Assembly: GCA_013239625.1 (NCBI GenBank)
Contig: MU053561.1
Location: 5,005,214-5,069,213, forward strand
DNA length: 64,000 nt
Reading direction: 5' to 3'
From: Lama guanicoe
Lineage: Eukaryota
Below the pieces are notes generated by a model. The model made no database searches. It was not told the DNA's origin and saw only the letters and a list, made by a program, of their open reading frames with translations. Made by a program: the position numbers and the translations under genes. Positions 10,891 through 21,802 of the stretch are shown in pieces. Position 1 is the stretch's first letter. Every line of letters begins with the position of its first letter.

Positions 10891-13800
10891 CCTTCATCAG
10901 CCAGTGTTTCCTGAGCAGTTACTGTGCATCCGGCCCTGGGTTAGACACGAGGGGTATGATGACGAGTAAAGCCAGCCCCATCCCTGCACCCCAAGAGCCC
11001 ACGATCTAATGAGAACTCATCACAGAATCCCCACAATCAACATGAAAGTTGGGGCTGTGGCGGGGGATCTGGAGAGGTCTGTGGTGCTGTGGAGGCGGGT
11101 GTCAGAGCAGTCAGCCCAGTCTCGGCGTCCGGCCCCCACATCTGACTCAACTCTACCCCCAATTCCAAGCCCCAGGCCCACACGAAGGGATTGCTCACTG
11201 GCTGTTTCTTTACCCACTGGGGCCAAATTGGCTTCCACCCCGTCTCTCTTCCAGGCCCCCAGCCCCAGGGTAACTTAACAGCACTTCCTGCCCAGTGCTT
11301 CAGAGATTCTTTTAGGTCTCCTGTGGCTTTCCCAAAAGTGTAGCGGATGCTTCTCTGCTGATGATGAGAGATTCAGACAAGCCACTTAATGATTAAGAGA
11401 CTAGAAGTGTTCTCTAAGAGACAGGGGAACATCGTTCTTGCTTTGCTCAGCCTGGATTCCCAAGACAGATGCAGAGACTTTGACGCCACTCACTGCCTAT
11501 TTAGGAGGAGGAAGGCTAGCCCTGGAGAAGAACAAAGGACTCAGGGGCAGTGGGAACAGAAGGAATGAGAGCATTTGGATTTCAAAACAAAGTTGCTAGA
11601 TTCCTTGCAGCAGGTAATAGACAGACACCAGCTAGGCATTCTTGGGCCATCTCAATTGGCGATGGCTGAAGATAGACTTTTCCAGTTTGAATGGTTGTTA
11701 CGGCTAGCAAGGACCTTAAGGCTACAACATCTAGTGCGATGCCCTCATTTTACAGACTGAAGCCCAGAACTGTGAAATGAGCCCAATGGCTCTCGGCTAG
11801 TTAGTAGTGGAGGGACTAAGGCCCAAGTCTCCTGACGTGTGGTTCACTGCTCTTTCCTGGGCAGCCCACGGATAGGAATTTTTTCCTATGCCCAGGGCTG
11901 TGTGCATGCATTAAGGAGAGAGAAGTGCTTAATGACCTATTGCAGATGGGCTGATGGGAAACTAGCAAGAGCAATGCTGTGCAACAGATGGGCCTTTACG
12001 AATCTTACTGCCCGGACACCTGGGCCCTGTGGCCAGGGGAGAGTGCTACCATGACAGGCAGCAATGTCAGGTGGACAAGCTGCATGTATTTAAGGACTGA
12101 CTTCTCTAGGAGCCCACTCCCTGGCTGCAGGCCCACTCCCTTCAAGCACTAGCCAAGACTTTTACCAGCTACTACTGTGCTTGTATCCCCCCATCAGCCC
12201 CCCAGTTAGCAGCAGAGAGGGCCACATTGGATTCTGCAGCTTTCTGGCCAGCAGTGACCTCTCCAGCACCAGAGAGCTCATTACCAACCAGGGGCCCTAC
12301 AGCGGCCTCCCCAGATGGAGGGTGAAGATGAAAGCAATAACACGCTGGCTGTTCCGCAGGCCCTGGTCACCGCTGGTTTTATTAAAGCCAAAGTCTCAGA
12401 CATCCCTAGCGAGGATAAAAGGCTGGAAGATGCACAAGATCTGAGGCTGGAACCTCCTCAGATAGGCAATGGTGCAGAGAGGACCTGGCCAGGCTGCCTG
12501 TGGGGCTGAGCTGGGCCTGGCTTTCGAGAGAGGAAGGTGGCTACCAGGAGATGCCAACTCTCTGTTTGCTTAGCCCCATCTCTCTATTTACTCAAAAGGA
12601 ACCTATTTATTTTCCTTTATCAAATAACCCAACCTTCTGCTGCCTACACGTGCAGGGGAGTTAATATCCCCCTTGAGCCACTGAACCAAAAGCAGCCATC
12701 TCTCTGTCAGGTCCAAAGAGGCCCAATCACCCACAGCACAAGGTCCTGGGACTGGGCTTCCAGCCCCCCAGCCCCTGTTTCCTCTCTGCCTCCAAGTCAT
12801 AGTGGGATCTTGGCCCACTCCCTGGCCTGTTCAGGCCCAGTGATGGAGGATGGAGCTCACTGTTGAAAGCAGGGACCAGGATGAGGGTGGGGGTTCCAAA
12901 CCACACTGCAGACTCAGCACTAAGTATGCCCACAGCTGCCATAGTTCTATCAAGAAAAGAAGGGGTACCATTAGGTGGGTGTTCTCCCTGGAGGAAGACA
13001 TCCTTGAGAGCGCCTCATGGAGCCACAGGTGATTCTGTTTGCCTTAAAGGATTGCCCACATCCCCAGGCAAGTCTCCCAAGGTCACAAACAAATCAACTT
13101 AGACTTCCTGAAATAAGACAGCCTCTGAAGGCTCGTCTCTGCATCTGCCAGGTGGCCACGTGGGAAGCCCCATGTAGGGACCCAGTGACAGCAGCCTTTT
13201 GTTCCCTCCCTCTCAGAGGGGCTGTAGGAGCTTCTAATTCCTTCCCAGGGCCCTAACTTTATCCTAACACTGATATGGAGAATGACCCTCTCAAGGGTTC
13301 TTCTGGCTAAAATGTAACCCTCTGTTTCTCCAGCATCTGTGTGTCTCCTCTTGAGCTACTGGGTACCTCTGACGCACAGTAGGTGTAGAGCAAAGCCCCT
13401 GCCCCAGAGGGGCCTCCAGTCCCTGGATGCTACAGGAAGGCACAACTACAGCAAAGCGAGGATTCGGTAATATCTGTGAGCAGCTCAGGGGCAAAAAGTG
13501 TTGCAAGAATGTAGGGGAGAGATGCTCTCTGTGGTCTGGATCCTGGACGAGAATCCCTGTGGGGAACATGGCCCTGGGCCCTACAAGACGCCTGGGGTTG
13601 TCCAAGGAAAGATAAGAGGAGGAAGCCTTTTGGCCAAAGGGACCAAAGATACACGGGCCATGTGGAGCAGGGGGTTGGCATGGAGGAATAGAGAGAAATA
13701 CACAGGTGAGGAGGTAAGAGAGGGCCCGGTTGTTTAGGGTCCTGAATGCAAACTAGGAAGATGAGCCTTGATTCTGGAAGCCAAACAGAGGGAGCCACTG

Positions 13801-14049
13801 AGAGCACTGGAGCAGCAGCACTGGTCTACCAAAGTCTGGCACCAGAGCCCTAGAGAGTCGCGCAACCCTGGGCAGGTTGCTTGACTTCATGAAGCAGTCA
13901 CTTCCTCCTGTGTGCACCTACCTCTCGAGGCTGAGGTGAGACTCGAGATAATTTAGCAAAGGACTTGGCACCTGGTGTGCCCGCAGTAACGTTAGTCCTT
14001 ATTGCTGTTGTTGAGTCTGAAAGGGTTTCTTTAACTTTGGGTAGGACGG

Positions 14050-14890
14050 AACCTTGGAGGGTTACAACTAAATAAAGGGAGCTGGGGGCCTCCTTGGACC
14101 TCGGTGCCTCCGCCGGGAACGCAACGTTCAGCCAGTGCACCGCGGACCGACCCCCGCCGCGTGAGGGGACAGTCCGGCTCCCACGACAGCACGTCACGGG
14201 CCTTTTCCTGTGTCTCCCTCCTTGGACCAGGGGCTCGGAAGACAGGAGACGCGCCTGAGGGAAATGGGGGTTCTGGCACTTTCTTTTAACTGGTTACCCC
14301 CCACCCCCACCCCAGGCTGCGTGCGCGTCGACAGGGGGACAGCACACACCCCACAAAACACGGAACTTCTAGCAGGTCTCAGTAAATACAAACACAAGGA
14401 AAGGTGAAATTGTGATCTAAGGTTTAGAGGCGCCAGGGTTACCTTGAGAAGCTCCTGAGGTGAGCGTGGAGGGCGTTGCTCTCCTAAGGGTCAGACTCCG
14501 GCTGCGCCTCCCACCCACTGCGCCTCCCACCAACTGCGCATGCCTGGGCGGGGCTTTACCCCTGAGTTTTACCTTTGAGTTTCAACCGTGAGTTCTTGTC
14601 TGTGAGGTGGAGGGACTAATGACAATATTCCCTGCCTCTCACAGTTGCTGCAAGTCCCCAAGGTGGAAATGGGAGAGCTTTGCGGGGCACAGGAGCTCGT
14701 GGGTGTTGGTCTCCGCTCGCTGGCTCTGTGCGCTGGGGTGGGGGGGTGGGGGGTGGCTCTGTCTGCGGTGTGACCAGCTCTGCCCCAGCCAGATGGCATT
14801 CCGCCACACCCCTACACCCCACTTCCCACGCCCAGGGAGCTGAGAGGATTCCTCTTCTGCTACTCCTGGGATTTGATTGGAGGGGTGGGT
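14050..14890. promoter_or_regulatory. Intronic CpG-rich, promoter/enhancer-like region
   Basis: About 15 CpGs in 14101-14200 by my count against a CpG-poor background. CRE half-site (ACGTCA 14191-96), NRF1-like CTGCGCATGC (14534-43) and GC box GGGCGGGGC (14546-54). Confidence 0.5.
14502..14543. repeat. 16-bp-period repeat (CTGCGCCTCCCACC[C/A]A twice, then CTGCGCATGC)
   Basis: Units start at 14502, 14518 and 14534. Confidence 0.9.
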
Positions 14891-15074
14891 AAGAAAAGGA
14901 TCGGTCTTGGGCTAGGGAAAGGGTGGGTATCAGTGCCATCTAGAGGAGGCTGTTGGGACCACATGCTCTGGAAGGGGTGGGGGGATTATTCTCCAGGTGG
15001 GGCTAAGTATGACGTTTCTCTGAGAGTCCCCAGTTGAGGGAGGTTCTTTGAGGAGAAGGGACAAACACCTTGGT

Positions 15075-15391
15075 GTCACCCTTGACTTCTCTCTTTCTCA
15101 GAGGTCACCTCTTCAAGGAGGCCTCCCCAGCCAGTCTAAAATTTCAACAACCATGGCTTTCCCCAGCATTTCCTAGCCTCTTTCCCTGCCTTACTTTTTT
15201 CTCCTTGATCCTTTTTACTATCTAACTGACTTACCTTCTCTCTCATCCTTTGTCCTCGTAAAATGTAAGCTTCATGAGGGCAGCAATTTTTGTCTATTTT
15301 GTTCTTTTCTGTATCTCCAGCATACACAGCAACACTCAGCACATAGAGGGGCTCAATTAATATTTGTTGACTGACTGAATGAATAAATGAA
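15075..15391 (+). mobile_element. LINE-2 3' end
   Basis: aatgtaagcttcatgagggcag...ctcaattaatatttgttgactgactgaatgaataaatgaa. Confidence 0.78.
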
Positions 15392-16412
15392 CAGATGTCC
15401 CCATCTGAAAGCAGAGCCACCCAAATCCTGACTTCCTCCTCTTCCACCCTGGGGCTGGGAGCTTTAAGGCAGGAAACATCTCCATGTCTTGAAGTCCCAC
15501 ATCAGCCTCAGAGCCTGAAGGAGAGGTTCTGCAGTGAGAGCACCCTCCTCCATCAGGTGGGGAGTGGGAAAAGGAGGCAGCCAGCAGTGTGTTGTTTCAT
15601 TCAACAGCCGGATGTGCTTACCATCTCTGAAGTTTTCTTATTTCCTGCTGCTCAGAAACTCCCTAGAATTGGGATCCCTGGCCCTGATGTTTCTGGGGGC
15701 AGGAGAGGCAGCAGAGTGTGTGCTCCATGCTGGGTTCATTTTTGAAGGATGACCACATTGAAGGACAAAGTGGTTCCAAGACCTGGCACAAACGTGGAGT
15801 GGAGAGCATACATCTCCTTGGTCGGCAGCATGTCCTGGGTACGTCCTGATTCCCTGTGCTTTTAGCTGAAGGCTGGAAATTGGAGTGCTAGGTGTATTTC
15901 AGGAGAGGCAAGGAAACTGCCAGGGCAGAGGGACTGGTGATGAATGACTGAGCGGAGGGCTAGAAGCAGATCTGCAGGGAGAGGTGACCCCCTGATGACC
16001 GAGAGCCTCTTGTACACAACACTGTCATGACCACAGGCCAGGCAGGACAGGATGTCCAGAGGGCCAGTGACTGAGAAGGATGAGTTGGAGAATAGGACTG
16101 GGCCACACAGGGTCTGGAGGCTGCGGCCGAGAGGCATAGGTCGGGCAGGTGAGGTCAAAGCAGGAGGGTGAGGATTGGACCAGAGTCTGATCAGAACTGA
16201 GATGGAATATTGAAGGGGACAGATTCTACTGAAAAGCTGAAATTGTTTCCTTGCCTTTTATACCCAGTTACTCCTAGCACGGAGGTCAGACCCTCAGGTC
16301 TTACAGACATGGCACTCTGCCACGAAGGGCCTTCTCCTGGGCCCCGGAGTGGCCCTGCAGCTGCCCAGGAGCTGCGTATCCCTCATCTGCCCTCTTCTCT
16401 GCTTCTTTGCAG

Positions 16413-16533
16413 GAAAGTGTGGATTTGGGAGAGATCATGTTCTCTCTCTGCTACCTGCCCACGGCAGGCAGGCTCACCCTCACCGTGATCAAATGTCGGA
16501 ACCTTAAGGCGATGGACATCACAGGCTATTCAG
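16413..16533 (+). CDS. SYT6: Synaptotagmin-6 coding exon, start of the C2B domain ([40 protein letters not shown])
   Basis: Polypyrimidine tract and AG at 16411-12, GT donor at 16534. The 121 nt give 40 codons plus 1 nt, and the translation matches the SYT3/6/9/10-type C2B N-terminus. Phase matches the next exon (G+AT = Asp). Confidence 0.96.
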
Positions 16534-19500
16534 GTACCTCTCCCACCCAAGTGCCTGTCACGTGGCCTCCCAGCAGCCCAGACATTAGCATCTAGAAAGA
16601 TGTTCAGAGAGAAGGGGGAACAACTGCTGGTATTTTAGAATAGGGGCACCAGCCCTGCAAGCAAAAGGCCTGGCTTTGAATCCCCGTTTTGCCACGTCCT
16701 TACTGTATAATGCTTTGGTTTGCTGATTGGAAAAAAAATTATTTACACAGGTTGTTTTAAAAATAAATGAGTTAATTCGTGTCAGTGTTTAAAAATATGC
16801 CAAAAACATAATGAGCTCTCTTTAGATATTAGCTGATACTATCGTTCTTTCTCTTCAAGGAGGGAGAGAAGAATAAACAGAAGAAAATTAAGGGAAATCT
16901 TTCTAGTTTATGTGAAGCCTCAGGACTTCTAAGGGTCAGGTCAAGTTGGAGTGTCTAGTGTTTGTAAGTCCATGCAGCCCTGCGGCAGCCCTGCAGACGA
17001 AGTCAAAGGAACAGAGCCACTGAAAAGCAAAGTGCATTTGTATCTGAGGTTTTCCTGCAGGGCTCTGGGCCTCTGCGTCAGCACTAGGAGAGCTGCTATA
17101 TACAGTGGAAGAAACAAATCCTGTTCTAGCAACTGGGGAGACACTGGCTTGCACGCAGCCTCAGAGCCTGCAGGCTGGATACAGTGTGAGAGGTCTGATC
17201 ATTTTCCACAATTTTACAAGTCATTGTCAGAGAAGGTTTTTGAGTTTTGCTGTAACAGAGGAGTCCCAGGAGCCTCCTTTTTCACAGCCCAAGAAGTGAA
17301 CTGGGGTGGAAAGCATCCCAAAGCCAGACACACAGAACAGCCTGGGCTGCACTCAGGGTAGCAAGGGCAGGGAAAGGCTTGGTTTGTTTCCCTAGACCCC
17401 TACCCAAGAGGCTCTTCTGAAGATTCCGATGACCAACGTAAATCCACTCCAGAGGTGCCTCTGAACTTGGCTGGGAGTATATGTAAGATTTTTCCTTTTA
17501 TTCATTAATTCTTTCCCAGAAGACTCCTTGGTATATTCACAGTTGCCATAAAAAGGTGACGGTCCAGCTGAAAACATCCTGGGCCCAGGCCGAGTACAAT
17601 TGGAAGAAGATGAGATATTAGGCCTCGAAAAATGAGGTTTCAGGAAAGGGTGGTCAAGAAACGCTAAAGTAAGGTGTATTTTTGGTGGCTTTGAATCACT
17701 CAGAGCCTCTGCTCCCAGTCCCCATGGTCTCTCTGCAGCACTCACGCCTTCCAGGCCAAAAGCTGCCCCAGAAAACACCTGTCCTCGTGCCTCTCCTTCC
17801 ACTGGAGCTGCCATCACACATTGGGACATGGTGAGGAGCTTAAAGAACCTCTTCCGACACGTGCAAAGCACTTAGGCAGCAGCAAGCTGGCTTCCTCCAA
17901 AAATACAACCGATGTAGATTTCATTTTAATATTAAAATAAGTGTATGCAGGGACGGAAATTCACTGAGGACTCTCCAGACTGCTGGAGGAAATAGGATTT
18001 TGTGCCCAAGTCCCCACACTATCTTCTCTGGTGTAATTAAATTGATGCTAGAGAGAGCTTGTGGCAAAGTCATGGAGGTAATAGTAAATCAGAGGGTTGG
18101 GGGTGAGAGAGTTTTCTCGTTCTAAGGTCTTACCTCCCTCTCACAATTGCCTCTCTTTTCTACCTGCGAATCTGGTATTAAATCTCAGCTAGATTCTGTA
18201 GATTCAGTGGTCCTCTTTTTGTCAGGGATTTCTGGCTATTTTGTTCACTGATATAAGCAAGTGTATGGAACAGTGCATGGAACGCAATCAGCATTGAATA
18301 AATATGTATTGGATGATGAATGAATGAATGAATGGATTTATAGCATAAGGAACCTTGTCACAGCGTGATGCTAGGGGCCTCTTAAACTAAATCTCCTGTT
18401 TTGGAGGATAAGTTTAAGGTTGCCTCCAGCTCAGCCTGCTTTGATGTTGGACTAACCTAGGGAGTGAATGGAGCTCATTAATTGCCTGTTTCTGATTTAT
18501 ATGACCTTGACTTCTAAAACCAATGGTCTTCCTGTTCTCCTTGATCTAAACTAGCTGTGAATCAATTCTCTAAGTCTAGCCACTGGAACCATGACAACAA
18601 AAATAATACAAGATAATAACAAGAATCAGTACACCCCAAAGAGGTGGTGAGTGCATAAACCCACCCCTCTCTGCCACATCTGATCTGTCCTGCTTTGAGT
18701 CTAGTAGTTACAGATGTAAACTTTGGAGTCTGAAGACACTTTCCAAGGCAATGTTCACTCTTAAGGAGTGTAGAGGTTGCCATGCTAATGGGAGATCTTG
18801 GACTTGAACACTGTCCAGGGCGTAGCCATAGAGAATGGAGCCTGCAGAAACTGGGGAGCAGTTGTGGGGACTCCTTCCTTCTTACTGAACGTTCCCCCAA
18901 GAGAGAGCCCTTGCAAATGGGTAGTCAGAGACAGCAGGGTGATTGCACACCTCATGGTCTCTCCTGGCCTCCCATAAGCCCGATGCCCCCTTGGCTAAGG
19001 CACAGCTGCGGCTGTCACATTGGTTAGTCAGCGGCTCACTTGGGTGTCTACGGAAATGCCTTTAAGGCTTGAGCTTCCCATCAAGTGTCACAGTTCTCTG
19101 TAGCTTCCCCAAAGCTGTGCGCCTCATCTGCCATCTGAACAAGTTCCCCGGGAGCACAAGGGCCTAGTGGGCACTTGGGTGCCCAGGAGATAGAACCATA
19201 CGCCAGTGCCTCGGGGAGCCAGGAGCCGCTGCTTGGCCCGCACCTCCTGACAGATTCACAGGAGCCCTGGCTTCTGGGCAAGAAGGTGTCTCAGCACATC
19301 AGTGTCTCAAAAGCTGTTATTACCTACGAGTAACCCTCTCATTTCTTGAGCTGTGCAGCATAAATAACAATTATGGTGGTGACCGAGACACCTGTGCTAC
19401 GAGATACAATAGGTGTCACTTCACTTGGATGAGTAGAAAATTTCAGGCTAGAAAGATGACCATGAAATTACTCGTTCAGAAAACTAAAGAAGAGACCAGA

Positions 19501-20307
19501 AATGGGAGGCACGTCGAGCTTCAGTTAAAAAGACATCTCCTCGAGGGGTGGAGGGAGTCCAAGATCTCACCAAGTAATGAAATGCCAACTGGCCACCCTG
19601 AGTCTCAGGAGGCCGCCACACTCACTGCCCCGGCCAGAGCCCTCTCCTCCTCCGCTGCCCAGAGTGGGCAGGAAATGGCTTCCAGGGAAGCAGAGATGCT
19701 CCCCTTCCTGATGCCAGATGGAGTGAGCTTCATGGGACAAGGAGACCCGTAATCCTGTTGTCAGGTGGGGAGGACCCCAAAAGCATTGTGATTGTCACTG
19801 TTCATTTACTTCGTCACGTTGCTACTCCCTGGGTGTCAACGATTCTATTTTTACTTCCCTTATCCTTTTGTTAATAAGACTGACAAGGCCCCTGCAGAGA
19901 AAATGCTCCAAGTAGGTGAAAGGAAGGAAGGAAGGGAGTGCCCTTGTCCAGCTTTGCCACCCTTTGGAGCCAGCCGGTCACCGGGGAGCTGAGATTGAGG
20001 GCTGTGAACTGCAGTCGTGGGCAGGTGTCCTGTCTGATTTGGGCCAGCTTCCCCAATAGTGAAAGTCCATTAAGCACTCTCCTAAGAAGCCTGAGGTCCC
20101 TAAAGACTCTGCGTTTATTAAGCACGGAGCATCCTCAGAGACAGGTGTGCAATGTAAGTACAAGGTGGTTTAATTATTTTAACAACCCACTGATACCATC
20201 TGACGTACAACAGTAGGTCTGGGGCTTCCATGGCTCTGCGGCACATGATGTTTGAGGACATCTGTTTAACACGCTCCCTTCCCTTCCCACTGCCCCCCTT
20301 GGCACAG

Positions 20308-20479
20308 ATCCATACGTCAAAGTGTCCCTGCTTTGTGACGGGCGGAGACTGAAGAAAAAGAAAACCACCATAAAGAAGAACACCCTCAACCCCGTCTACA
20401 ATGAGGCCATCATCTTTGACATTCCCCCGGAGAATATGGATCAAGTCAGCCTGCTCATCTCGGTTATGGATTACGATCG
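20308..20479 (+). CDS. SYT6: Synaptotagmin-6 coding exon, C2B core ([58 protein letters not shown])
   Basis: CAG acceptor ending at 20307, GTAGGT donor at 20480, 172 nt. Contains the SDPYVK motif (across the junction), the polybasic KKKK patch and the MDYD Ca2+-ligand loop. Confidence 0.97.
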
Positions 20480-21651
20480 GTAGGTACAGGTACCAGAGGC
20501 CGCAATTCCCTGCCCCTCACCCCAACTCCAATACAGCACAGGGCTCCTTGACCTTGGACCTTGTGGTTCACGACTCAGCCACTCACTGGCCTTGAATCTG
20601 GCTCTACCCAAGGAGGAGCCCAGGTTCCCCCAAAGCAGAAGCTCAGACTTGCTTCCCAGTGGGCCCCTTTCCATCAGAGGCTGCCCCACCCCTATCAGTT
20701 TCCCTGAATTCACTCTCGACTATTCCCGTTCCTCTGTCTAGCCCAAGTCTTAGCCTCTGTCCTTAAGAATCCCTCTCTATTCTCTCCATTTGTACTGCTG
20801 CTGTCACTCCCATGTGGGGATGGCTGTGCAGCCTTCTAGCTGACCCCTGCCTTCATCAGTCCTGCCCCAACCCAGAGAACATGCCAAAGGCACACATTCC
20901 CAAAAGACCACTCTGTTCCTGGACCTGCCCTTCCCAAGAATCAATGGCTCCTGTTGTCCACGTTCGTCCCCTGGACGCTCAAGGCCTTCCAGACCCGGCC
21001 CCAGCAGATCCATCCAACTTGATTTCCCTTCCCTGGATATGCTTCTTCTCTTCCACTTTCCAAACCCCATCAAGGTTGGCCCTCAAACACATTTTCCAGC
21101 TACTCCAGCCACTGATCCTCCCTCTCTCCAGTTGTCACTTTAGCTGAAGGAGGGGTAAAAACATGCAGTAAAGCCTCAATCCAGCATCTTTAGCACAAGT
21201 TCTCAGGCATAGCAGGCACTCAGTGAACAAATGTGAGTGATGATTGATGTTCTTGCTGTGTGAATAGATCACATCCCAGCCGCTGGTTTGGAGAAACCGT
21301 ACTCAGAATAGGTTGATTTATTTCCAAACAGCACTGCTGTCTTAGGCGCTCACTGAGTCCAATAAAAAAAGAAATTTACCCTCTCCCACTCCCCAAAATC
21401 AGGCCGTCTGCCATAGTTCCTGAGATTCCAAACAAGTTTAGAACATGTTGCTCATCTGTCTGGGTCCAATATCCACCCAAAGAGTCTGGGCAATGTTTCA
21501 CTGCCACTGTCACCCCAAGGCCCTGTCCAGCACCTCTGTACAGAGCTCAGCCTTCTGAGTTAGACCTGTGGGGCTGAGGCCCAGCCTCTGGGACCTCCCC
21601 TTCTGAGAGTATGTCTGGTCGCCAGTGCCAGGTGCTTCGTTTCTCCCTTAG

Positions 21652-21802
21652 TGTGGGCCACAACGAGATCATAGGAGTCTGTCGTGTGGGGATCAGCGCC
21701 GAGGGCCTGGGCAGGGACCACTGGAATGAGATGCTGGCGTACCCACGGAAGCCCATCGCACACTGGCACTCCTTGGTGGAGGTAAAGAAATCCTTCAAAG
21801 AG
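21652..21802 (+). CDS. SYT6: Synaptotagmin-6 coding exon, end of C2B ([50 protein letters not shown])
   Basis: TAG acceptor ending at 21651, GTGGGT donor at 21803, 151 nt, phase consistent (CG+T = Arg). Contains the WHxL motif, and VKKSFKE matches the SYT6 C-terminus as I recall it. Confidence 0.96.

Noticed and set aside
1..16412. Upstream SYT6 exons (transmembrane, C2A) or another gene
   Set aside because: No C2A or transmembrane-coding exon was recognisable; they presumably lie upstream of the window.
21525..21547. REST/RE1-like TCCAGCACCTCTGTACAGAGC upstream of an exon
   Set aside because: Spacer is 3 nt rather than 2 and the right half-site mismatches GGACAG; too weak to call.
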